Assembly: GCF_006345805.1 (NCBI RefSeq)
Contig: NC_043021.1
Coordinates: forward strand, 22,816,001 to 22,880,000
Direction of reading: 5' to 3'
Origin: Octopus sinensis
Taxonomy: Eukaryota
Length of the DNA: 64,000 nt
The notes under the pieces were generated by a model. The model had not been told where the DNA came from, did no database searches, and saw nothing but the letters and a program-made list of their open reading frames with translations. Below, in pieces: positions 50,386-64,000 of the stretch. Made by a program: the position numbers and the translations under genes. Each line of letters begins with the position of its first letter. Position 1 is the first letter of the stretch.

Positions 50386-52408
50386 TTGAAGTCACGGATA
50401 TGTTATAAACTTTGGAGAAGTAGTGAACTAACTGTGTTTTGGTATGTTTCGAATATCTCAAATGGTAACATGTATTCCCATTTGTAGGGGCGACACTCGA
50501 CTCCCCTCACCAGAGAGAAATTCGCGTAAACTTTCTGTTTCTATTAATTTAATTTGTGGACCACTGGTGATGTTAATTCTTACCAATTGGTTGTAAATGA
50601 TGAGACTAATCTATATGCAGTCACCTCGTAGCATTTCTTTGCATATTTAACTTCTTTAGATTGTTATTTCATACGCATATCAATGGCAATTTTATAAACT
50701 GTAGCTGATTCAAACAAAATATAACACACGAAATGATAATAAGTCCGTGTGAAGGATTTTAGTCAGGTCGCTATAGGATATTATCGCTAACGTTAAACAG
50801 TGTAGCATTTCTGTACTACCTGCGACATTCTAGCGAAAGAAAAAAAGATTCAGTCGGTTGAAGAAAAAGAAATGAAAAAAATTATGTGAATGAAAAAAAT
50901 CTCAAGTGGGGTCTTGTGGAGGACACCTGCAAGTAAGAGTTGGGTTGTTTCACAACTAACACATGTTGGACAGACACAGCCACCAGGTTCAGTCATCGAG
51001 GTACGCTGTAGGGGCCATTCACGCAAACGAGGTTATATGTCATCATAGCATCACCCCTCTGCTAAATTTGTATTCCTCACTCTCATCTATAACACTAAAT
51101 TCAACCATCTTTTTCAACTACGTAATAGATATTACCTTCCTCCTGTCACACGTCATGAACGCTTCTCCCATCCTCTTTTCTCTATCCCTATTTTCTTTCT
51201 CCCAATTTTTCTCGAAACACGCGAAGGCGTTACCTACGGGCTAAGTAACGCAATGACAAGCATAATTATTATCAAAATATGTGCGTGCGTGTGCATGCAT
51301 GTGTGCGGGCACGCGCGCTTGTGTGTGCATGTGGATGTCTGTAGTTACCGCGCACTCACCTTTTCGCTATTGTTCATCTAAGCAGTATAGATACTAGCAC
51401 ATATAAGCACTATATGACACATATTCCCTGTCTGTACACCATTGTTTGTATTGCGGATAATACTCCGTTTGAGTTTGAGTTTATATTTGTGTCTTACCTA
51501 TTTACGCTTATTTATGTGCATATCTACTATCGTGCATGCTTTGCAATTTTGTAGGAAAGAGCCAGTGAAGAATGATGCAACGGGAAGCGACTAAAAACAG
51601 GAGAAAGGAAACCATGTCCTACTGAAGTAGATTTATATAACTTATATAATTTATTGTTATCTGACCTTTTAGCGACACCGATTTTCTAGAACTTTCACAA
51701 AATTATGAAAAATGAATCCGAAATAGAATTTCTGTCTCTCTCTAATATGAAATTCTGTCTTTCTCCCTTAGATTCGGTGTATCGGTAATTTCAAAATATT
51801 GTACTTTTATGGATTTACATTAACTGGTATAAAAGTCGGTGGTGTAAGTATTTTCGGAATATAAGATAATGTTCCGTTATACTTATGCTTTGCAAGACGG
51901 TATATACGTTGATACGCCTCAGAAATGTATTATTTTTAGACTGTTTCTATTCAAATGTTCATAAAATGGCTTCGAAGCAAGAAGGTATATATTTAAGTAG
52001 TAAAATATGAATAAGTCTTGCCACCAAACCAGGAATATGTTTCTTCATATATTCATGGAGGACCACGTTCGAGTTTTTCATATTCATTATGCATTAGCTG
52101 AACATACTCATTTTATTTCTAGAAGGTCAGGGTTCAAAGGAAGAATTTTAGATGCTGCAATATTGCAAAAGCAGCTTCCAAATTTGTGGTATTGTTTTTA
52201 GTTTTATTCGTCCGAAAGGTTAATATTTATATCGTTACAGCTTTTAGTATCTTATTTCTGAAATTTTATGCTACATATTTCCCTTGCATAATTCACATTA
52301 AAAACATATAATATATACAGATAGAAACTGGGAGAGCGGTTAACGTACGTGCGTTCACATACACAAACGTTTATATGTACACAAACGCACGCACATCCTT
52401 CAATGCTT

Positions 52409-52452
<44 letters not shown>

Positions 52453-52490
52453 ATATATATATTATGTATATATGTGGGAGTGTATATAAA

Positions 52491-52533
<43 letters not shown>

Positions 52534-52545
52534 TATATATTATAT

Positions 52546-52624
<79 letters not shown>

Positions 52625-53410
52625 ATATATATATATATTGGAGTGTGTGTATGTACCGAAAGAGAAAGAAAAATGCTCTCAAATGTAGAAATTTATAGAT
52701 AATTAGAAAGGTATATATATAGACATACAAATATATAGTTGGATACATAGATAGATAAACAGATAGAGAGATACATACATACATAAGTACATACATGCAT
52801 AAATACATACATACATACGTATATACATACATACATACTTCTATACACATATGTAGATAGATTGATGTTGTCTTTATTTTACAAGCCAGTATGTAATTAT
52901 CGTGGTCATAGATGTTGGAGGAATGTGTCATAAACATTAAATTGTATAACATTTTATGAGTGTGTGTTCGCTTGGACAACCTATATTGATAACACGATCA
53001 AAATTTATATGTGTGTGAACAGACTACATCTTGCACAAGAGATGTGTGCGTACCATCAAACAGTAGTTTTCAAAAGAGATAAGATAAGCTCCTGTGGATT
53101 ATTAAATGCGCGACTGGATATCAATTAATATGCGTGAGGAATTCCCTTAACGTATTTCGCTATTACGTTTACGAAATCATAAATAGTTTATACCATTTTG
53201 CTGTGATATTCTCCAAAAATCAATGCCAAGTTATGACTACGGTGAAGCCGTACTTGTTGGAGAAAATGACATTAATTTAAATGCAAATGGTGTATATTTT
53301 AACATTCGGCGATTTCTACTAATTAAATAATACATACTTGGAATAAGCTAGTAAAGCTAAATAAATGAGTGAACATATGTGTTTTGTTTTGTGAATACTT
53401 ACATGCATAC

Positions 53411-53454
<44 letters not shown>

Positions 53455-54449
53455 AGGTATGTATGCATCTATTTATTATGTATATATATGCACACACACA
53501 TATGTATGTTTCGTGTTTCGCCCAAATATGGTGCACGTTCCCAGAATTAAATTGGAATAATGAAATTAATCCAAGTGCCTCTCGATACTTAATATTCAAC
53601 GTTTTGGAAACCCTCGCTTTACGATATAATGGTAAATGCATACATTAAAGTATTATTTACAGAAATGGTGTTATGGATGTTAGTTTTTTTTTTCGATACA
53701 GCGTATATAATTAGTAAGTATGAGTTATATAGATAAAACATGATTTGGAATTTTAATATAGTGTTACTTTTAACACTATGGAAAGTGACGTATTTATCAG
53801 TATGACTGTATTGTATCGTTAACAATCGTTTCTGTTCATCTGAAGAAAATGTTGGTGTTGTTTTAACGTCTTTTTTTTTATAAGGCTGATTACTCGACGT
53901 CATGTACGAGGTGTGCGTACCTTCCAGAAATAAGGTACTCTTACACCGAAAGGAATTGTCTTCATATACATCAGAGTTCCAGCTCAGGCTGCAATGCATT
54001 TATAGTTGTAGTAAAACCTATAAAACGAATGAAAAACGAGAGGAATTCTCAGTGAATGTTAAGCTTGATGATACAGACCGTCGATAGGGTGACTAGCTCT
54101 AAAGATTCAGGCTGTTTTCTTCTTCGTCTACCCATTACATAAACCTTACGCGGTTCCATGTTCCACAATTGCTTATGTTCTTTCTTTTCGCTATTTCTCG
54201 TGGTCGTGTTTTCGTTTCCCATTATTCGAAGAATGACACTGTCCGAAACGTTATAACCAAACTCCTGTAGTTTTCTCATCGTCGAGCTAATGACATTGTT
54301 TTAGAATGTAACGCGTATTTACTTTCGTATGTAGATGTGTATTTCAAACTATATATATATATATATGTGTGTGTGTGTATGTGTGTCTGTGTGTACATAA
54401 TTACACACACATACAAACATATATACACAAACAGGCACTCACACATGCA

Positions 54450-54486
<37 letters not shown>

Positions 54487-55288
54487 AATATATAATATAT
54501 ATATATATATTATATATATATATATGTGTTGTGTGTACATATATATATATATAAAGTCTATCAGTTAGTGAAACAGGAAATAATTGCTTTACTAATCTCT
54601 TTTATTTTGCGGTACTTAACTACCAACTATCTTTCACAGACTTCAGAACGGCTATCTTCTATATACAGGTGCACAAAGTTAAACAATGTTAAATCGCCAA
54701 TTTTCCGAAAGATGAAAGTAAGTTTGAATAGAACTATTTAATGCAGTCTTTGCAGAAGAACACGGCCCGGCTTCCAATTCAATAACTACGCTGTTTAAAT
54801 CGTCTTCCCATCTTCATTTCTTTATCTTATCCTTCCCGTTCGTTTTTGATGTTGTTCTTCTATAATTATTTCGCCTGCATCATCAGACAGGCGCCAAATA
54901 CATTTGCAAATAAAATCAAGCTTTAGAATCACTTAAGAGAGTTTCAATGCTAAGAAAAATCTCTTGTAACTTAGTGAGAAAGAAACAAACAAAAGGATAG
55001 GAAAGTGATGAAGAAAGAGATGAAAAACACAACGAACAGCATATGAAGTGATTCTCTGTGTTGAGATCAAGAATATTTCATACAAGATTTTGTATACGTT
55101 TTTGAGTCTATTTTCGTGCTGGAGGAATGTCGACGCAGGAAATCTAAAGAAGAAACATTATATATTTACAAATGCACACAATATTTGTTTACATTTATTT
55201 ATGTTATTGTGAATATATGCACACACACATTTACTTACATACTTATGTGTGTGTTTTTAAATTTATGTATATATATATATATATATAT

Positions 55289-55395
<107 letters not shown>

Positions 55396-55591
55396 TGGAA
55401 CAATAATGAAAAGTGAGAAAACTTCAATAATAATATATTGAAATTGAACACAATTACATATTAAATATATCAAACATACACATATAAACGTAAATGCATA
55501 ATACGTGTGCGAATATATATAAATATATATAAATATCTACGTGAGCGTATGTGTGTGTGTTGGTGTGTACGCATATGTAAGAGAGAGAGAG

Positions 55592-55622
<31 letters not shown>

Positions 55623-56065
55623 GAAATAGTGAGGTAGACAAAGATTAAGAGAGATAGAGAGGACGACAGAAGGCAAATAAACACATGCGTATGTGTACTA
55701 ATTTCTTAATGCACTTCCAAACTATTCGTAAACTCTTAGACTGAGCAGCTACAAGCAGAGTATATATATATTCCTGAGATGGATACGAAATAACAGAGCT
55801 TATATATCCTAACTGTAGTTGCAGTGAAAAAACCTACATAATATGCAAGGTTTTAGCAAGTGCATTAGCGCCAAATAGAATGGTAATTACTTAAAACGCA
55901 AATTCAAATACCTTTATGCACTCTCTTCCTAATTGAAGCTTACTTATTTCGTAGATATCAATGTCTTCATACAGATCTATATACACAGTTATTATATTAT
56001 TGATATTCATCGAAAAGTCCATCGTGGAGAATATGCATACATATATATATATATATATTATATAT

Positions 56066-56113
<48 letters not shown>

Positions 56114-56120
56114 ATATATA

Positions 56121-56152
<32 letters not shown>

Positions 56153-56221
56153 GTATACATATATATATATATATGTATATAATATATATATATATCATAT
56201 ATCTATGTATATAATATATAT

Positions 56222-56259
<38 letters not shown>

Positions 56260-56368
56260 TATATATATATGTTTGTATGTATGTATATGTATATGTGTGT
56301 ACATATATAAACGCATACAAACACACGCGCAAACACACGTATATATATACATATACATATGTGTGTAC

Positions 56369-56399
<31 letters not shown>

Positions 56400-56560
56400 A
56401 TATATATACGTATAATAAGCACATACACACATACACATATAAGTTGGTACCCTTGTCATTGGACTTTCTCGTTGTCAATGTCGTTTCTGACGTCCCTACC
56501 ACGACCTCTCAAATATGTATGCAATCCCACTGCAAATCTACAGTATCAATAGTACACCTC

Positions 56561-57255
56561 AAGGCGGGTTGCTGGCAGAATCGTTTACACGGCGGGCGAT
56601 ATGCCTAGCGGTATTTCGTCTGTCGTTACGTTCCGTGTTCAAATTCCGCCGAGGTCAACTTTGCCTTTCATCCTTTCGGGGTCGATAAATTAAGTACCAG
56701 TTACGCACTGGGGTCGATGTAATCGACTTAATACCTATGTCTGTCCTTGTTTCTCCCCTCTGTGTTTAGCCCCTTGTGGATAATAAAGAAATAGGTATTT
56801 CGTCCGCCGTTACGTTCTGAGTTCAAATTCCGCCTTTCATCCTTTCAGGGTCGATTAAATAAATACCAATGACGCATTGGGGTCGACGTAATCGACTTGA
56901 TCTCTTTGTCCCCTCTATGTTTAACGCCTTGCGGGCAATAAAGAAAGAAATATTTTGTTAAAATTCCCTTTCGGGGTCGATAAATTAAGTACCAGTTACG
57001 CAATGGAGTCGATTTAATCGACTTAATCCGTTTGCCTGTCCTTGTTTGTCTCCTCTGTGTTTAGACCCTGGTGTGTAGTAAAGAAATAGGTATTTCATAT
57101 GTCTTAACGTACTGAGTTCAAATACCGCCGAGGTCGAGTTTGCCTTTCTTCCTTTCGGGGTCGATAAATTGCGTAAACCCAGTTGCGTACTAGGGTCGAT
57201 CAAATCGACAGGCCCCTTCCCCCCAAATTTGTAGCCTTGTGCCTAGAGTAGAAAA
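56561..57255 (+). mobile_element. SINE family C with about four tandem units (two partly deleted)
   Basis: Repeated CCTTTC.GGGTCGAT..ATTAAGTACC and AAAGAAATAGGTATTTC junctions. Terminal GCCTTGTGCCTAGAGTAGAAAA. Confidence 0.88.
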
Positions 57256-58046
57256 TAATATTTAGCAATATATTTAGCACTTCGTATTTAGTAAAGAGTG
57301 AATATATATTCTACCGAGAAGAGTAGTTCTGTATCTTCAAACAGTGCATCCGGTTTGTTTGAAATCTTCCGAAGATTAATTGTACAGAGGACACACAGAC
57401 GGTGATACAATAACAAATTGAACAAATCAATATTAGTAGAGTTAATGCAGATTATTAATAATTCAAATTTATTATACATATATGATGGAAATATTTTGCG
57501 ATGTCTCATATTTTAGCTAAAGATATTTGCTTTATTTCTTATCAGAAAATTAGTGCCTTTATTGGAATACATTGAGATTCTCTGTTAATATTTCTCCAAT
57601 CAAACTAACGGATGAATATGTATATAGATGTCCGAGTGGAATGCTTAATACAATAATTACATACTCAGCATTTATTAACGCGCTAAAATGCTTGTTTGGA
57701 ACGTGAAATTTATGCAATGCGAAGTTTGAGAAATGCTTCGGCGTGTAAGCGACAAAAATTGTGCGATTCCGGTTATTTCCTTCTGTTGGTGTTACCGTTC
57801 GTATATATAATTAAGTGACCTAGATACACAATCTAATAAATAGAAATTGTTCATGGCAGACATGCTTATGATCGATTACCGAAATCATTTCCAGTGTCCC
57901 TACATTATAACCATAGACATAACGTTGCTAGAGGCTGTGACATCCTGCCTTCCAAAGATACCTTAAAGACAACGGCACATGCGACAATTTGTATTCTAAG
58001 TCACCACCACAGATATACATTCGTTTTATATATATATATGTGGGGG

Positions 58047-58328
58047 GGAGGGTGCAATGACTCAGTGGTTAGGGCAGCGGACTCGCGGCTGTAGGATCGC
58101 GGTTTCGATTCCCAGACCGGGCGTTGGGTGTGTTTATTGAGGCTCTGGCGGAGTGGGGTGGCGATACCTGCTGTACTCTTTCGCGACAAATTTTCTCTAA
58201 CTCTTTCTTCTGTTGGCCTGCTCGCTTAGCCAGCGGGGAGGCGTCATTTGAAGGGTGAAACAATGCGAAGCGTATAGTGACCAGCGATTTGTAGCAACAT
58301 CTGATTGCCTTGTCACTCATGTGATCCT

Positions 58329-58330
<2 letters not shown>
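58047..58330 (+). mobile_element. SINE family A head and body with alternative 3' tail
   Basis: Same tRNA head as 15341. After CTCTTTCTTC it continues TGTTGGCCTGCTCGCTTAGCC, as at 33020. Confidence 0.85.
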
Positions 58331-58376
<46 letters not shown>

Positions 58377-58949
58377 ATGGATGGATGGATGGATGCAGTA
58401 TGTAGGTATTTATGTATGTGTGTATATGTTTTCATTAACGCATATTCGATATTTTAACATTTGCGTTGTTCTAAGTCTTGCTAGGAATAGCAGTCAAAAT
58501 CACCCAAAAATCTCACTAGAGTATCTACCAAAGTGCTACAATTCAATAGACTTTCTCTTCAAAGAGACCCCACATAAAAAAAAAAACAATGGAACCAAAA
58601 GACAACAACATAGTCATGGGTGGTACGCTGTTCCACGTACGATTCGCCGACAAATGCCGACCTGGAATTCAACAGTAGTAAGCTATACACAAAGAAAGAA
58701 AACAGAAAAAAAAAAAACAATTCTAGAGTGAGACATCATCGATGGGGAATGGCTGCTTCATTTGAAATACATTTTCATATTATATAACCTGTTTATTCTT
58801 TAATTATATGTTGACTTTGTAGCGACTATCATTGGTGTCTGCTACATATCATTATGTACGAATATACCTATGTTTATATAGGAGAACGCATTAAAATTTC
58901 GAGATTACTGAGTCCCGAGGTATTGGAGGAAAGCATATTCTTATAATCA

Positions 58950-58980
<31 letters not shown>

Positions 58981-59059
58981 AATTATTATTGTTATTATTA
59001 TTATTAATTATTATTATTAATTATTATTATTATATTATTATTACTTTTTTTCTTCTTTC

Positions 59060-59135
59060 AAATTGCTTCCGTTTCTGCCGAGTGTCTTCCCGACTCCTAG
59101 GGCAAAGAAACTCATAGTATACACTGGTAGGCCAT
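59060..59135 (-). mobile_element. Second 3' end of the R4/Dong-like (tentative) element next to (TAA)n
   Basis: GCCGAGTGTCTTCCCGACTCCTAGGGCAAAGAAAC matches 23985-24020. Confidence 0.55.
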
Positions 59136-59211
59136 TAAACTAAACTCAATAGTTCGTTCATTTTTTTTTATTAAGTTAAATTAAATTATTATTATTATTA
59201 TTATTATTATT

Positions 59212-59355
59212 GAGTGAGAGAGCAGTTCATGCCATCAAAGTGACACTGGGGTAAAATATACGAAGCCCAATATACCCATCATGACTACCCGTCTGATAAA
59301 GGTACACCAGGCACATGCATCACAACCATATGTGCGCGACATGGTGATCTCATAT
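59212..59355 (-). mobile_element. Unclassified short retroposon-like segment between (ATT)n tracts
   Basis: Complex 140-bp segment ending (minus strand) in CTCTCACTC followed by (AAT)n. No second copy seen in the window. Confidence 0.4.
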
Positions 59356-60207
59356 TATCATTATTATTATTATTATTATTATCATTATTATTATTATTAT
59401 TATTATTTTGTATTTTTATTATTGTTGTTGATTGTGTTGTTATTGTCATTATTATTAGCAGTAGTAATAGTTGTATTGTTATTACTTGTTGTTGTTGTTG
59501 TTGTTGTTGTTACTCTCATGTTTAGTACTAGTCGGCCTTTAATATTAGTAGCAATATCGTTCGTATTATAACTTGGACTGTAGCGCTTGCTCGCTTTGTA
59601 TCTCCATTTTTCAAATACTCTCTCTTTACCACGCGCGCGCGCACACACACACACAAATATATATCTGTGTGTGTAGGTGGGGTGTGGGTGTGTGTGCCAG
59701 GCAGTGATACAATATGTATTCTCCAATGAATAAACTTCGTATCTTTTTACACAAGGCGACGAAATTATAGTAGGTAGAAACTCTCTCTTCTACAAATATA
59801 CAAGACAAGCATACACGCGCACCCACGCACACATACATGCAAACACACGCACACACTCATACACAAAGATTTATAAAGTAATAGAGAGAGAGAGAGAGAG
59901 AGAGAGTGGTGGAGATTTACATATTTTGGCATATATGCACTCATGTATATCTCTGTGTATTCTACTGTATATCTATGTGTCCAAAGGCTTGTATACGTAT
60001 ATAAGAATCGATTGATTACCAATGCACATCTCTCCCCCTCTCTCTCTTTCCCTCTTTCTTATGTTATATATATATATAACATTATATATTAGATATATAT
60101 AATATATATATATATATAGATATATATATATATATACTTATATATATATATGTGTGTCATATATATATATATATATATATGTATGTATATATATAATAGC
60201 ACACATG

Positions 60208-60258
<51 letters not shown>

Positions 60259-60516
60259 TATATATATATAGGCATGCCTAAGTGTGCTATTACGTAGGAT
60301 AGGTGAGTTTGTGTGAGTGTATGCATGTGCCTGTGTGTGTGTGCGTGTGTGTGTTTGTGTGTGTATATATAAAGAGACGGCAAAATAGCTGAATTCATTT
60401 GCCAGATATTGCGTATAAGACGTGTGAATAATTTTCAGCACTCTCAAGAATACGGATGCACATGCAGCAGTAATATAACCTCAACATACACACACACACA
60501 CACGCAGACACACACA

Positions 60517-60553
<37 letters not shown>

Positions 60554-61113
60554 GCACACACACACACTCACACGCACACACATGAACGCGCGCAAACATA
60601 TCTCCATGCCGCACTGCATATACTTAGAACGTAAGCACAAAGGCTCCCTCACTCTCAGACACACTAAAAAAGAATATATATTTTGACAATTTTGGCAATC
60701 ATATGTTAGAATAACTTCTCTTGAAATGCTTCCAAAGAGGTAGTTATTTTTTTTCTTTCTTTGGAACAACCAATGTCTTGTTACTCCTTATAGGTTTCTG
60801 CAAGATATCACTGAAAGTTGATTCCATTTACATAAATATCCATAAGAAAATAACTATTTGATGTAGTATTTTTTGTTTTACATTTGAGATAAAATATAAG
60901 AATATCGAAAGGGTGTTTGCGCGCGTGTGTGTGTCTGTTTGTGTGTGCGTGTGTGTGTGTGTGTTTATTTTTATGCATATGCATTTATATACACACATGC
61001 CGACATAAAATAGATGTATTGATGTTAACATAAACATAATGTATATATGTTTTATATATATGTAGTTATATATATACACATACATACATACATATACATA
61101 TATACATGTATAT

Positions 61114-61166
<53 letters not shown>

Positions 61167-61521
61167 CGTATGTATGTATATATTTATAAAAAAGAAAGAG
61201 GAAGAGAAAGAAGATGGAAGATGATAGGTATGTATATGTGTGTATGTGTGTGTACGGGTTCTTGTGAGAATGTGTGTGAGCCTCAATTTAGTTGAAATAT
61301 ATTTGTGACATATTTCAATTAACCTCGAAAGGCAAATTCGATGCAGTTACCGAGAAGTAATAAATCTCTGATGGGACAGCGTGTAAAAAGAAAACCCACC
61401 ATATCCGTCCAGTTTTGCCCTCTATCCGATTCCCAGAGTCAGTTTTTCTATTTTTTTTTACGATTTTTGGTAGAGATCATTGATAACGACAGCAACAACG
61501 ACAGCTGTTCTGTGTACTTAC

Positions 61522-61624
61522 CATGTGAATGCAGAAAGGTGATATGTCTAATCAAAAAGTATTAACGTTAATTGTGTGGGTAGAATCTTCACACCTCAGC
61601 GCTATGAAAACATCATTTCTTATG
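61522..61624 (-). other. Candidate non-coding (5'UTR) exon ending in ATG
   Basis: Minus-strand acceptor TATTTCCTTTCTCACAG and donor CACATG|GTAAGT bracket 103 nt. All three frames contain stops. Confidence 0.35.
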
Positions 61625-62110
61625 CTGTGAGAAAGGAAATACTCTGGTGACAGATTTTAGAAACGACAGTTTTTCAGACTTTCTTTGTGTTGTTATATAA
61701 TTAATCAAATACCTCTTTACAGATCAAAACACATGTCTTTTAACGGTATATATGATAACCGTACCTACAGGAGATACTGAAAAGGCAACTACAGCAGAAT
61801 ATATCAATTCTCATTTTTATTGGATAATTATCAGCATTATGTGAATGATCATGAAAATGTACAACATACAGAGATGTTTATTGACATAAATATATCCCTC
61901 TCTCGATTTCAATGATGCTCTACCATCCGTATTGTTCAGCTATATATCAACACCATTTTCGGTACATGAACCATCTATGTCCATGTTGTACACAGATGCC
62001 CTCGTTTAAGCAAATTTTCCTTAGATGCATCCACCCCATCTTACCTCCAACAACATATGCAAACCAAACACGAAATATATGTGTGTGTGTGTGTGTGTAT
62101 GTTTGTGTAT

Positions 62111-62230
62111 CTGTGTTTGTCCCACCACCACCACCACCACCACCACATCCATCAATCCACAACCGATGCTGGTCTGTTTAGCGGTTCGGAAAAAGGGGCC
62201 GGTAGAATAAGTACTAGAAACCTAACACGA
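62111..62230 (+). mobile_element. 3' fragment of SINE family B
   Basis: ACAACCGATGCTGGTCTGTTT AGCGGTTCGG...GGTAGAATAAGTACTAG. Confidence 0.7.
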
Positions 62231-62582
62231 AATCTGCAGGTGTCTCCCCGAATAGGCATCTCGGAGAAATACATAAATAATGTCTTGCTAATCGAGTCTC
62301 TTTCAAAACAGTTTTTAATCATATCAAAAATATAAAATCGCACATTCCCGCTGTACATGAGCAGCACAGCACGATGATATTACATGGCACCATGAATTAT
62401 AGGTTTCACTAATATGGAGTTTATCTCTTCACAAGCAAACTTGCCGTAAAAACGCTCGTGAAACATTGGCTTTTCACTTCTCATCCTCAAAAGTCCTCAA
62501 TGACAGCAACCAGTGACACGCTAATAATATTAAGTGATGCCACAATCACATAGTGACTAGTAGTTCAGAGGTGGTATATTGT

Positions 62583-62730
62583 GAAGCCGAGGTCGACTTT
62601 GCCTTTCATCCTTTCGGGGTCGATTAAATAAGTACCAGTTACGCGCTGGGGTCGATATAATCGACATAATCCGTTTGTCTGTCCTTGTTTGTCCCCTATG
62701 TGTTTAGCCCCTTGTGGGCAGTTAAGGAAT
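62583..62730 (+). mobile_element. Single internal unit of SINE family C
   Basis: GCCGAGGTCGACTTTGCCTTTCATCCTTTCGGGGTCGATTAAATAAGTACCAG...GCCCCTTGTGGG. Confidence 0.85.
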
Positions 62731-63226
62731 AGGCATATTGTGAAATGAATTGATGTCTTAGACCGCTAAAGGAAAGGATTGAATTCTCATAATTGAAAAG
62801 GTTTCCTTATTGCTTTGAATGTGAACAACAACAGAAACAGAAAAATACAATAATAACAACGACTGGACAACTTGAGTGCGTCTGCATTACCGTTTTCTAC
62901 TCAAAATTCTTCACATCTCTGGTTATTTACAAAAGTATTATCGGGACTCGGCAATATATATTCAATAGTATAAAATTGGAAAGTGTAAACATGTTTCTCT
63001 CATCCTTTAAACATGCTGAATGAAGTGATGAAACAAGGCAATCTAATGCGTTGGTAATGATGGGAAATCGACTTGACTAGATAACATATCGTTCAATCAG
63101 TTGCAGGTCACTGAAAAAGTTGTGCAAGTCAGACATGCCCATACAGAAAAAAAAGTTTTAGAATCACGCCTGTAAAGGATAAGTTCGTCTGTAAGATAGT
63201 CGACCTTCGTCACTCTATAATCACAG

Positions 63227-63360
63227 ACCATTTCAGTAAAGAAGCACGAGACCAAAATGTTAGACACAGAAAGCCATTCGTCATTGATCCTGCATATATC
63301 GTATTGTTCATTGATGATAAGCCTCAGCTCAAACAAACCATCCAAAACAGAAGAGCGACG
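63227..63360 (+). other. Candidate internal exon
   Basis: CTCTATAATCACAG| acceptor and ACG|GTGAGT donor, 134 nt. Two frames are open; no recognisable protein. Confidence 0.22.
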
Positions 63361-63552
63361 GTGAGTATCTGAACCGTCCCATGTGAATTCACATTTATTT
63401 TAATTTCATATTTAATATATCCGCATCGACGCAATGTAGTTAATACGTACTTCAGTTTATCCATCAAAACACAACACAAAGACCCAAACATAACACATAC
63501 ATACACTGATATCACACAAACACAACATAGATAGATATAGATTAATTTATAT

Positions 63553-63622
<70 letters not shown>

Positions 63623-63823
63623 TCTATATATATCTATATATATATATAGATATATATATATATATATGTGTGTTATAGAGATAGGTAATAATAGACACAG
63701 CTATACATATATACATGCATATACATATATGTGTATATATATATATATATCTATATATATATATACGTTTATGTATGTATGTATATATGTATTATATATA
63801 TATATGTGTGTGGTGTATATATA

Positions 63824-63868
<45 letters not shown>

Positions 63869-64000
63869 GTATGTTTGTGTATATATATACAGTATTATGT
63901 AATGTATGCATGAATGATGTAGGTGTAATACACTCCTTCAATGATTATTTACTCATTTATTATCTTCGTGTTTTCGTCACTTTTAAATGGTGTTTATTGG

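Noticed and set aside
54049-54279. 76-aa minus-strand ORF with a possible GTAAGG donor
   Set aside because: No homology recognised and no polypyrimidine acceptor. The length is within chance expectation.
54855-54892. Minus-strand CUGAUGA-UGCAGGC-GAA-AUAAUUAU-A hammerhead-like motif
   Set aside because: The core and palindromic stem III are suggestive, but stem I does not pair (CUGU versus GAAG) and stem II is at most 1-2 bp.

Overview
AT-rich, microsatellite-saturated eukaryotic DNA with no host protein-coding gene I can identify. The SINE families and repeat landscape suggest an octopus or other coleoid cephalopod (inference). Most ORFs in the track are translations of (TA)n, (CA)n and trinucleotide repeats. 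Real content: (1) a near-intact, apparently full-length CR1/L2-group LINE at about 5.9-10.56 kb. Its ORF1 has a Myb/SANT-like N-terminus plus two CCCH fingers and overlaps ORF2 in the -1 frame, with an in-frame U_UUU_UUA slippery heptamer in the overlap. ORF2 (APE+RT) is broken only by three A-run expansions. (2) A second, 5'-truncated, decayed relative on the minus strand (45.84-48.9 kb) sharing a 32-nt identical 3'UTR block and a covarying hairpin. (3) Several different short hammerhead-ribozyme-like motifs: one canonical type I fold at 41114-41167, minimal dimer-type motifs, and a candidate G3:C8 core-swapped variant. One degenerate motif sits downstream of a Penelope-like GIY-YIG remnant. 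(4) Several tRNA-derived SINE families, one forming tandem arrays of a ~184-bp unit. (5) Remnants of mariner, hAT (Charlie/Buster), piggyBac-type and Tc1-type DNA transposons, including a 552-bp foldback MITE. (6) Two weak candidate exons near the right end. All structures were paired by eye; no searches or folding programs were run.
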